A DNA stretch of 64,000 nucleotides from Leptolyngbyaceae cyanobacterium (GTDB lineage: Bacteria; Cyanobacteriota; Cyanobacteriia; Phormidesmidales; Phormidesmidaceae). Position 1 is the first letter of the stretch. Each line of letters starts with the position of its first letter. The stretch is from the NCBI GenBank assembly GCA_965263355.1, contig CBDHHL010000056.1, forward strand, positions 1,056,001-1,120,000, in the 5' to 3' direction. Under the pieces are notes generated by a model. It saw only the letters and a program-made list of their open reading frames with translations, was not told where the DNA came from and did no database searches. The position numbers were made by a program, and so were the translations under genes. This document shows, piece by piece, positions 46,514 to 56,400 of the stretch.

Positions 46514-49500
46514 ATGGTTGCTCCCCCATATGCTCGCTGGTTTCAGTTTGGTTTATGTTTCATTGCTGGTCATGTTGCCATAGCGGCCTACGGGACCCCA
46601 TCGATTGCGTCTGAATTGACCCATGATTCTTTCCCTAGGGCAGTGCCGTCATTAAAGGCCCATGAATATGGGCTAGTTGCACAAATTCTTCCAGATAACA
46701 CCCTGAAGAATGAAGGTTCCATCGTTATTGATACCAATACTGGCCGTACCATTGATGGTGGAGCAATTCGGGGCCCTAATCTATTTCACAGTTTTCAAGA
46801 ATTTAACGTTAATACCGATCAGCAGGTCTATTTTGTTAATCCTGATGGTATCGAAACGATTCTGAGCCGAATTACCGGCAACACGATTTCTACAATCGAT
46901 GGTCTGCTGGGGGTAGCGGGGCCAGCTGACTTGTTTTTGATCAATCCCAACGGCGTTATTTTTGGTCCCAACGCCCAGCTGGATATTCGTGGCTCATTTG
47001 CGGTTAGTACGGCAAATACAATTCAGTTTGCGAATGGTAGCCTATTTAGCACTGTAAATCCTAACAGTTCAGCCTTTTTGACGGCGAGCGTGCCGCTGGG
47101 GGTGCAGTTTGGCACAGTTCCCCAAGGAGATATTAGCAACACCGGCATCTTGGCTACCGGAGCAGATCTGACACTGTTGGGCAAGCAGCTGTATTTAGAA
47201 GGAGAACTGATTGCAGGCAATGATTTGACCCTGCAGGCCCAAGACACCGTCACCATTCGAGACAATATCACCAATCCCTTTATTGCTCAGGCAGGCAATG
47301 ATCTAACCGTCCAGGGTAATACAGGTATCGACATTTTCACATTGCAGCACCTGGAGCAAACCCCCTTTGTCAGTGGAGGAAATTTAATTCTCATCAGCGA
47401 TGGAGACATTTCTGGAGATGCCCACTTTGACAGTGGGGGAGACGTACAGTTTCTCACCGTGACGGGCCAACCTGGAAACTTTGTGAGCCTCCACGACCCA
47501 ATTATTTTTGCCAATGGAGATGTCACCTTTGGTGATTATGAAGGTGTGGCCCTAAAGGTAGAAGCCACGGGGAGTATTCAGGCAGGTAAAATCCGCATCA
47601 TAGGACCAGACACCACTTTAACTGCCGATGGGTCTGGATCCGATGAAGATCTGCTTGCCAGCAGTACCGCTTTAATTTTCCGTGCTGGTGTGCAGTCGGT
47701 GAATGGGTCTAAGCTACCCCTATCCACAGGCGGCACCACATTCAGAGAGCAACCGGTGACCAACCAGCCCCCAGGCAACATTGTGGTCACGTCCATCGAT
47801 ACCACTTCCGTCATTGATGGGGGGGACGGGGGACCGATTATCCTGGCAGCCGATGGGAACATCACCACTAACCCAGACCTGGAACCTGGTTTTATCAATT
47901 TAGACTCCTTCTCTCGCACATCGTCAGACAATGACGGTGATGCAGGCAAGGGGGGAGATATTTCCATTACCTCCATATCGGGAGATATTTTACTCAACGG
48001 TAGACTGTCTTCGTTTTCCCAAACCCTGGGCAATGGAAACGCAGGTACAGGCGGAAATATTCTGGTTTCCTCAGAATCGGGAAACATTATCGCTAACGAT
48101 CGGATCAATTCGTTTTCCCTCAGCCAGCGAAATACCCAAGGCAATGCTAGTAATGCCGGGAACATCACCTTCTCGACAATCTCTGGCGAGATTACCACCA
48201 ACGAGCGATTCAATGCATTCTCTAGTGCGTTTGATGGTGACTCAACCAGGGGAGGAGACATTACCATCTCTTCCCAATCTGGCAACATTCAGATAATTGA
48301 AGACTTAGAAACCTTTGCGGAGGCATTTGAAGGTGAAGCTGGTGATGGCGGCAATATCGTCGTAATCTCTGAGACTGGCAATATTGAAGCCCTGGATCAA
48401 ATCGAGTCATTCTCCATAGCGCGACGGGAAGGAAATTCTGGCAACGGTGGTAACATCAGCATTTCAACCAACTCTGGAAATATTCGCACAACAGACTTTG
48501 TGCGATCTTTTTCATTTGTGCGATCGCCCATGGGTGGGACAGCTGGCAATGGTGGCAATATTTCGCTGAGTACCACCTCTGGCAACATTACTACCGAGGG
48601 GCGATTAAGTTCATTTGCCTCCACCCGTTCGGAATTGATTACCGGCGGTGCGGGGGATGCTGGCAACATTGTCATAACTACGGTCTCTGGAGATATTGCC
48701 GTTAATCGTATTGATTCATCGTCCACGTTCTTCCCGTTTGATCCAGAACAAATCTTTACAGAGCTAACGGCGGCTACTGGCAATGGTGGTGATATTACCA
48801 TCACGTCAGTTTCAGGGGACATTACCAATGAGGGATTTATTGTCTCCGAGTCAAGCTCACGCAATGGTGACGTGGGTCGAGGGGGGGATATTGTTATAAC
48901 CACCCAAGAGGGCAGCATCCGTAGCAAGGCTGACGAATTAATTTCAACCATCGCCGTTTCGGAGGTAGATGGAAACACGGGAGCAGGGGGAACCGTTACT
49001 TTACAAGCACCCACCATTTCTAACGTAGAAATAGCAACGATTTCTAGTGGTGATGCCTCGGGCGATGTGACCATCCGAGGGGTTGGTGATAACGCAGTTA
49101 TTAGCAATTTGAAGGTGATTACCAGTGGTCAGCTAGTGGTTGTCAATCCCTCCATTAATGACAGTGAGAGTGACGAGACTGGCCAAACAATCATCCTTGA
49201 TTCCAGTACCTTTGACCGTTCTGGCACCACAGTCATTACCGGTGATGGGGATTTAACCCTGAACAATATTGAAATCCTCAGTGACGCTAATCGATCTGCC
49301 GATGCTGGCGACTTAGAAATTGTCAGTGCCGGAGAGCTACGGATCAACAATAGTCGACTGTTTAGTAATGCTAACCCTGGCAGCAGCGGCAATGGCGGCA
49401 GTGTCAGGGTAACTAGTGCAGATAGCATTACGTTGGATGGTACCGTCATCAATAACCAAACCGATGGCAGCGGTCGAGCAGGAAATATTCGGTTTCGCAC

Positions 49501-50548
49501 TCCACTGCTGCTGATTCAAAATGGTTCCCAGGTGACGGCAGCAACTAGCAGCCCTAACCCTCAGGGGAGTGGTGGTGATATTAGCATTGAGGCAGATACG
49601 GTCAATCTCTCAGGGGATAACACAACAGTATCTGTAAGTACCAGTGGTCCAGCGGTTGCTGGCAGCATCACCCTCACACCCGTTACCCAAGACGGTAATC
49701 TTGAAATCGTCACCATCAATGATGGCCCTCAATTTTCTGCCTCCACTGCGTCAGGTAGCAGTGCTAGAGGGGGAGATATTTTTATTCAAAATGCAGATAT
49801 CGTCTTTTTGCGAAATACTGATCTGGTTACCAGCAGCGATGGTTCGGGTAATGCAGGTAATATTGTTGTGGAAGATGTTAATGTTTTGCTAATGCGTCAA
49901 GGTAGCCTGATTCAAGCAGGGGCTAGTGCCAACGGCGATGGCGGCAGTATTGATATCGATGCAGGACTGGTGCTGACCGTTGTGGGAGAAGACAACGATA
50001 TCCTGGCGGATACCACCTCTGGCACCGGAGGTGATATCAAAATTACGACTGAGCGAATTATTGGCTTTCGAGAGGTTGACACCTTTAGCAATGATCTCAG
50101 GGGAAATGGCTTTAATGATATCAGTGCCCGATCTGAACAGGGGGTAGATGGTGAGGTGACCATTGATAATTTTTCGATTGATCCAAACCAGGGGGTGACA
50201 GCGCTACCCACGGATGTAATCGACCCGACAAATCAAATTGCCCAAGGTTGTAATCTGGAGAATAATGCTGTTGCTGAAACACCTTCAGGAGATCTCATTA
50301 TAACTGGACGTGGAGGACAACTCCCCAGCCCACAGGATCTTACCAGTACCGATATTTCCTTTGATGACCTGGGGCCTACTAATATGACGCCCACTGATAT
50401 TGAAGCACATGTTACATCGATAGAAGATGGTCCTGGTCCCAAAGCCATTGAGGATGCCCAAGACGCAATTGTGACACCGTCAGGAGACGTCTTTCTCATC
50501 GCTGCAGGGAACTGGCAGACGTCGTTATCTTGCAGGTCTTTACGTTAA
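46514..50548 (+). CDS. Filamentous haemagglutinin/TPS exoprotein
   Basis: NLFHSF, FLINPNGVIFG, many G(N/D)GG(N/D)I repeats, C-terminal C...ITGRGG. Confidence 0.9.
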   Translation: MVAPPYARWFQFGLCFIAGHVAIAAYGTPSIASELTHDSFPRAVPSLKAHEYGLVAQILPDNTLKNEGSIVIDTNTGRTIDGGAIRGPNLFHSFQEFNVNTDQQVYFVNPDGIETILSRITGNTISTIDGLLGVAGPADLFLINPNGVIFGPNAQLDIRGSFAVSTANTIQFANGSLFSTVNPNSSAFLTASVPLGVQFGTVPQGDISNTGILATGADLTLLGKQLYLEGELIAGNDLTLQAQDTVTIRDNITNPFIAQAGNDLTVQGNTGIDIFTLQHLEQTPFVSGGNLILISDGDISGDAHFDSGGDVQFLTVTGQPGNFVSLHDPIIFANGDVTFGDYEGVALKVEATGSIQAGKIRIIGPDTTLTADGSGSDEDLLASSTALIFRAGVQSVNGSKLPLSTGGTTFREQPVTNQPPGNIVVTSIDTTSVIDGGDGGPIILAADGNITTNPDLEPGFINLDSFSRTSSDNDGDAGKGGDISITSISGDILLNGRLSSFSQTLGNGNAGTGGNILVSSESGNIIANDRINSFSLSQRNTQGNASNAGNITFSTISGEITTNERFNAFSSAFDGDSTRGGDITISSQSGNIQIIEDLETFAEAFEGEAGDGGNIVVISETGNIEALDQIESFSIARREGNSGNGGNISISTNSGNIRTTDFVRSFSFVRSPMGGTAGNGGNISLSTTSGNITTEGRLSSFASTRSELITGGAGDAGNIVITTVSGDIAVNRIDSSSTFFPFDPEQIFTELTAATGNGGDITITSVSGDITNEGFIVSESSSRNGDVGRGGDIVITTQEGSIRSKADELISTIAVSEVDGNTGAGGTVTLQAPTISNVEIATISSGDASGDVTIRGVGDNAVISNLKVITSGQLVVVNPSINDSESDETGQTIILDSSTFDRSGTTVITGDGDLTLNNIEILSDANRSADAGDLEIVSAGELRINNSRLFSNANPGSSGNGGSVRVTSADSITLDGTVINNQTDGSGRAGNIRFRTPLLLIQNGSQVTAATSSPNPQGSGGDISIEADTVNLSGDNTTVSVSTSGPAVAGSITLTPVTQDGNLEIVTINDGPQFSASTASGSSARGGDIFIQNADIVFLRNTDLVTSSDGSGNAGNIVVEDVNVLLMRQGSLIQAGASANGDGGSIDIDAGLVLTVVGEDNDILADTTSGTGGDIKITTERIIGFREVDTFSNDLRGNGFNDISARSEQGVDGEVTIDNFSIDPNQGVTALPTDVIDPTNQIAQGCNLENNAVAETPSGDLIITGRGGQLPSPQDLTSTDISFDDLGPTNMTPTDIEAHVTSIEDGPGPKAIEDAQDAIVTPSGDVFLIAAGNWQTSLSCRSLR

Positions 50549-50599
50549 TCAATTAATCAATGTGCGGTAATTTGATCCAACAGCTTATCCACCAGCCCC

Positions 50600-53476
50600 A
50601 TGATATACCTCTTTTCTAGACGATTGTTACGATGGCTTGGCCTATTAGGACTGTTACTGACGACTACGATTCTGACGACCCTGTTGGGTATGCAATCCTC
50701 ACTGGGATTCCATAGGGCTGAATCAGTTAGTATTTCTGTGCCTGCCATTGAAGAAATACAGCAAAAACAAGAGAGGCCTATAGCCAGTAATTCCCAGGCA
50801 CTTTTACAAAGGGGGCGAGAGCATTATGAGGCAGAACAATTCTTTGACGCGATCGCAATCTGGCAAGAGGCAGAAAAACAATTTACCGCTCAAAATGATT
50901 CCCTCCATCGGGTCATTACCCTCAGCAATTTGACATTGACCTATCGCCAATTGGGCCGGTGGTCAGAGGCAGAAGGTACCATTCGTAAAAGTCTAGAACT
51001 GCTGGAGCAACAAACCCCATTATCCTCTGAGGGGTTGAGGGTCTATGGCCAAGTGCTCAATACCCAGGGCAGTGTATATTTAGCCCAGGGACAGGCGCAA
51101 CAGGCGTTAGATACCTGGAAGCAGGCCACGGACATTTACACCCAGGCAAACTATGTTGAAGGGATCGCTAAAAGCTTGATGAACCAGAGCCATGCCTTGC
51201 GCAGTCTGGGATTTTTTCGAGAGTCGCAGAATCGTTTATCAGACGTTGCAGCGCTTTTAGACGGTCAAAATGATGTTGCTTTGCGGCTTTTGCTGACCCG
51301 TAGCTTAGGGGATAATCAACGGCTGCTAGGGGATCTAAAGGCGTCTATGGTTACCTTGGAGGAAAGCTTACGCTTAGCAAACGCATGGGCTACTCCAGGG
51401 GAACTGGCAGCCACCCGGTTAAGCTTAGGAAATACCTTAAAAGTTAATGCACAACAGCAGGAAAGCATTGCCCGTCGGACTCGGGCAAGGACCACCTTAG
51501 AAAAGGCCGATACGCTCTATCGGCAAGCGTTAGACACCTATGGGGAGATTGGCGATAACGCGCCTCTGTTGCTCCAAATACGAGCACAGCTGAATCGATT
51601 GGATATCGCTATCCATCGTCAAGATTGGGCGATGGTAGAGACCCTGCAAAAATCCTTGCTGTCTCAAGTCAACAGTCTTCCCGTGGGACGGGCGTCGGCA
51701 TTTGTCCATATGAGATTAGGGCGATTGCTGATGGATGCATGCGCTATGGACTGTCCCCCTGGGCTCAGTCACTCACAGCGGGATGTGTATACGTTATTAG
51801 CCACAGCGAGAAAACAAGCGTTAGACATTCAGGATCCGATTGCAGAATCCTATGCTCTTGGCTATCTTGGGCACCTTTATGAAATTGAAGGACGCTATGG
51901 GGACGCACAGCGTTTTACTGAGGCGGCCTTAGAACAATCTAAACATCAGCCCAGTCTCATCTATCAGTGGGAGTGGCAATTAGGCCGAATTGAGCAGGAT
52001 CTACGGCATGATCTAGCCGATGTGCTTCGACATTATGATGTAGCCTTTCAAAATGTACAGACAGTCAGGACCGATTTACTATATATGGAGCCGGATGTGC
52101 AGTTTGATTTTCGCGATCGCATCGAGCCCCTATATCGTGAGTACATCGGACTACTTTTACCCAAAGACGACAGATCGTTTCAAGGGGACCCGGCCCAATT
52201 AGTTAGGGCTCAGACAGTAATTGATGATCTGCGAGTCGCTGAGCTAGAAAGCTTTTTGGCTTGTGGCCTGATTGAACCTGATGATAATATTCTTCGGACA
52301 TCGATTCAGCAAGTGGCCAATACCGACAAAACAACGGCAATTATTTATCCAATTATTGTGCCAGATGGAGCTAACGGAGAGCGGCTGGAGGTGCTGCTCC
52401 AATTGCCAAATCAAGCCATTAAACGCTATCCCTCCAGGAGTTTTTTAGCAGAGACTACTAATAAAGACGCTGTTAAAGACTCGGCCATTGAAAAAAAGCT
52501 AGAGCGGTTCCGTGTTTTCTTAAACCGACAAACCTTTATTTTCCCTAAACCAGGTCGGCTACTTGCTGGAGAGATCTACGACTGGCTAATTCGTCCCGCT
52601 GAAGAACAAGGCTTATTAGAGTCCATGGATACCCTGGTCTTTGTCCTGGATGGTGCCTTTCGAAAGATACCCATGGCAGCATTATACGACCAGCAAACAG
52701 AGCAGTTTTTAATCGAGAAATATGCGATCGCAGTCACCTTTGGTGATTTAGAAATTCCTGCAGCCCCTCCTGCCAAAACATTTAACGTCCTAGCCGCAGG
52801 GCTATCGTCCCCCAGTGTTTTACCCACAGACCCCAGTCGCATTGCATCCCGTGGAACTAGGGTTAATTCTGAGACGGCGTTTGTACCCTTACCATTTGTG
52901 GAAAAAGAAATCGAATCGATTGTAGCCATTGTCGAAGACACAGAACACTTGTTGAACGGTAAGTTCACTAAAAAAAGCGTTCAAACAAAAATGCGTTCTG
53001 CCGATTATAGTGTTGTGCATTTGGCTACCCATGGGGTATTTGGCTTTACCCGTGATGAGACTTTTTTGCTAGTGGCTGCTCCGGAAAATGGCCAGCCCAT
53101 CAATAGTGACTTAGCTGAGCCCATTGAGGTCGGTAAAATTGATCTCAACGAGTTTGATAGTTTGCTCAAAACCCGCAATCAAAAACCGTTAGAATTGCTC
53201 GTACTCAGTGCCTGTGAAACCGCCACCGGGGATAGTCGTGAACTATTGGGCATTGCGGGACTGGCGGTACAATCTGGGGCTCGTAGTACCCTAGCTACTC
53301 TCTGGCGAATTAATGATCTGTCCACATCGTTGTTGATGGAAGATTTTTATAAACAAATGGTAAATAACGGCTTTTCCAAAGCCAAAGCTCTACAAAAGGC
53401 GCAGATTGAGCTTTTAAGGCGAAAGCCACACCCATTTCAATGGGCTCCATATTTACTGGTGGGTGATTGGCGCTAA
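50600..53476 (+). CDS. TPR + CHAT domain protease
   Basis: Signal or TM N-terminus, TPRs, VHLATHG, LSACETA, WAPYLLVGDW. Confidence 0.9.
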   Translation: MIYLFSRRLLRWLGLLGLLLTTTILTTLLGMQSSLGFHRAESVSISVPAIEEIQQKQERPIASNSQALLQRGREHYEAEQFFDAIAIWQEAEKQFTAQNDSLHRVITLSNLTLTYRQLGRWSEAEGTIRKSLELLEQQTPLSSEGLRVYGQVLNTQGSVYLAQGQAQQALDTWKQATDIYTQANYVEGIAKSLMNQSHALRSLGFFRESQNRLSDVAALLDGQNDVALRLLLTRSLGDNQRLLGDLKASMVTLEESLRLANAWATPGELAATRLSLGNTLKVNAQQQESIARRTRARTTLEKADTLYRQALDTYGEIGDNAPLLLQIRAQLNRLDIAIHRQDWAMVETLQKSLLSQVNSLPVGRASAFVHMRLGRLLMDACAMDCPPGLSHSQRDVYTLLATARKQALDIQDPIAESYALGYLGHLYEIEGRYGDAQRFTEAALEQSKHQPSLIYQWEWQLGRIEQDLRHDLADVLRHYDVAFQNVQTVRTDLLYMEPDVQFDFRDRIEPLYREYIGLLLPKDDRSFQGDPAQLVRAQTVIDDLRVAELESFLACGLIEPDDNILRTSIQQVANTDKTTAIIYPIIVPDGANGERLEVLLQLPNQAIKRYPSRSFLAETTNKDAVKDSAIEKKLERFRVFLNRQTFIFPKPGRLLAGEIYDWLIRPAEEQGLLESMDTLVFVLDGAFRKIPMAALYDQQTEQFLIEKYAIAVTFGDLEIPAAPPAKTFNVLAAGLSSPSVLPTDPSRIASRGTRVNSETAFVPLPFVEKEIESIVAIVEDTEHLLNGKFTKKSVQTKMRSADYSVVHLATHGVFGFTRDETFLLVAAPENGQPINSDLAEPIEVGKIDLNEFDSLLKTRNQKPLELLVLSACETATGDSRELLGIAGLAVQSGARSTLATLWRINDLSTSLLMEDFYKQMVNNGFSKAKALQKAQIELLRRKPHPFQWAPYLLVGDWR

Positions 53477-53494
53477 GTCATCCTAGAGTTCGCA

Positions 53495-56400
53495 CTACAG
53501 GGGCAGTCGAATACAAAACTCACTACCCTGACCCACCTCAGATTGTACGTCTAAGCTGCCACCATGGGTATCGACTATGATTTGACGTGCGATCGCTAAT
53601 CCCAAGCCAGTTCCTTTTCCAACTGCCTTTGTTGTGAAGGAATGGTCAAATATCCTGGACTTCACCTCATCTGGCATCCCCCAGCCATTATCTGAAATCC
53701 GCACCTCAATCGCATCCTGGTCAGCCAAATGAGCAGTCGCAATCGTGATTTGCTGAGGATGATTCTTCAGATCTTTGAGGGGCATTGACTGAGCCATCTC
53801 ATCGAACATATCAATCGCATTGGCCAGAATATTCATAAATACCTGGTTTAGCTGTCCAGGAAAGCAGGTAATCTCAGGTAACTCACCATAGTTTTTCATT
53901 ACGTCGATGGCAGGACGTTGCTCATTCGCTTTCAAACGATATTTGAGAATTAATAGGGTACTGTCGAGCCCTTCGTGCAGGTTGGCACTTACCTTATTTT
54001 CCGTATCGGCACGGGAGAACGTACGCAAACTAGTACTAATGCCCTTAATGCGGTTGGTGGCCCCTTTCATGGAATCTAGCAGCTTAGGCAAGTCTGCCAA
54101 CACAAACTCCAGGTCAATGTCCTCGGCATTTTCTTGCACTGGTCCAGTAGGTGGATGGTATTTTTGATAGCATTCTAAATGCTCGAACAGATCTTGGAGA
54201 TAGTCCTTAACGTTTTGGATGCTACCGTTAAGAAAGCCAATGGGGTTGTTAACTTCATGAGCTACCCCTGCTACTAAGTTCCCCAGGGTGGCCATTTTCT
54301 CATTTTGTACCAGCTGTAGTTGAGACTGTTCCAGTTGTTCGGCATAGTGTTGAGACTGTTGATACAGTCGAGCATTTTCCAAGGAAATCGCTGCCTGGGC
54401 ACAGAGGAAATTGAGGACTAAAATTCGCTCTTTAGTAAACACCCCACTCGTGAGATTATTTTTGAGATACAAAATACCAATGAGACTGCCTTGATTGAGA
54501 ATTGGCAAACATAGCACACTTTTTGGCTGCTGCGCTCTGAGATAGTCATCAACCACTGGCAAATCGGTTACCAGATCGTCAATAACGATAATCTCCTGAG
54601 TGTTTTTAACATATTGAATTAATTTGACTGGCAAATTTGGATTGTTGGCCAAGGGTTCTGTCTGAAGCCGTGTCTCCTCAGGACTGGCGATTGCCTGCAC
54701 CTGCCAGTCTCCTTGCTCCGTTGGTAAAACTAGGGCACAGTAATCACCCCCAGAGTTTTGCAAAATAATTTGGGTCAATTGCCGTAGTAACTCATCCAGT
54801 TTAATAACGCTAGAAAGGACCTGAGAGGCTTTAAGGATACTTGCAAAGTCGAAGGTCTGGTTAAAGTCGTTGTTACTAGAACTATTATGTGTACCGGTAT
54901 TAGCTGAGGCAGTCGGCGCGGCTATGGTCATCAGAGTAGTCAGCATATATTCTGATGTCGCTGACGATTGTAGAATTACTCGAAGTAGGTCGGGATAGCG
55001 GGTTTCTAAATCAATGACTTTAGCTTTGGCCCCCCAACGGGAATAGCAGTAGTACGCTTCTTGCATATAGCCTGCGGCGACTTTTTCTTTACCCCAATTC
55101 AGGTAGAACTTGGCAGCAAGTTCATTGGCTAACGCTTCTTCTTGAATGTAGTGGTTGGCGTTAGCTCCAGCGATCGCCCGATCATATCGCTCCATTGCTT
55201 CAAGCGGGTTATCATTCAGACGAGCCATTTCCGCTGATACTAAATCATATTTATGCTGAAACGTAGAAGGGCAGGTCTGAGACCATGTTTCCAGGATTTG
55301 TTGTTGCTCCTGGATGATGTTCCAATAACTATTTTGAGTGTGCTTATCAACTTCAGGATAAACAGCGAGCAAGCTTAGGGGGTAATACAGGTGATAAAGA
55401 ATAATGGGAAAGAATCCAAAATTTGTAGGCAGTGTAGATTCAATGTGTTGGGATACTTGTAGGGCGTGAATATAGTTACCCTGCAGATAAAGCCGATACA
55501 ACACCAAAAAGCCATACCAGTTAATCCCATGCTCAAACTTATTCTGAAGCCATTGCTCTAAGGATGGATTATCCATAAACCCCTGGTACGTCAAAAGATG
55601 CTCACTAGAGTCACCCTTAACTAAACTGTGGATGAATTTTTGTTGGAGTTGGAAAACATAGAGGATATTTTGATCATTACATCTATGAACATAATCAAGG
55701 TATTGTTGGCTTTGTTCTTCTATCTCTGATAAGACCTTACCTTGGAGGATCTGGGTCCAGATGATAAATAAAATGGCCCACACCCCATAAACCAAATCAC
55801 CAACTTCGCTACAAATGGCTACTGATTCTTGATATAGGAAAAGATTTTCTTTGAGTGGACGAACATAGGGGCTGATAGAATGGGCAAAAAGATTGTTATT
55901 CTTGCCCATGAATTTGGTATTTTGCAATGTGCGATCAACAGATAATGCAACTTTTCCAAACTGATAGGCTTGTTCGTAATCACCTTGAAATGCTAAGACC
56001 ATGCCATAACATGTGTAGGCCAAACTAGACCCTTCTGCTTGTCCATATTCAAGCGAAAGGTTAATCGTACGTAGGGTTGTTAGGAAATTGAGGGTCGTCT
56101 TCCCTACAATATAAGATGCTGTCCATAAAGACCCTAGAAGTTTCATGCAATTGCGCTGAATGAGATCGCTGATCGGTGGAAGATCTAGAAGGGCATCTGG
56201 GGACATCTGTTCAAAAACCCGTTGCACCTTTTGAAGTTCTTGATTAGTTAACGATTCTAATGCCTCTGAATGGGTGGGAATGTTAATCCCTAACATCGCC
56301 AATCCTTCTAGAGCTGCATCAATACTCGATTGAATATCAATGCCACGAGTGATACGTTGATTCGTCAAAATTTCATATATTTGAGCTGCATCTAGGGGAG

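Noticed and set aside
47023..50499. Long minus-strand ORFs (up to 236 aa) opposite the haemagglutinin gene, and similar ones at 12261-14993
   Set aside because: Shadow ORFs produced by Gly/Asn/Thr-rich repeat coding on the other strand.
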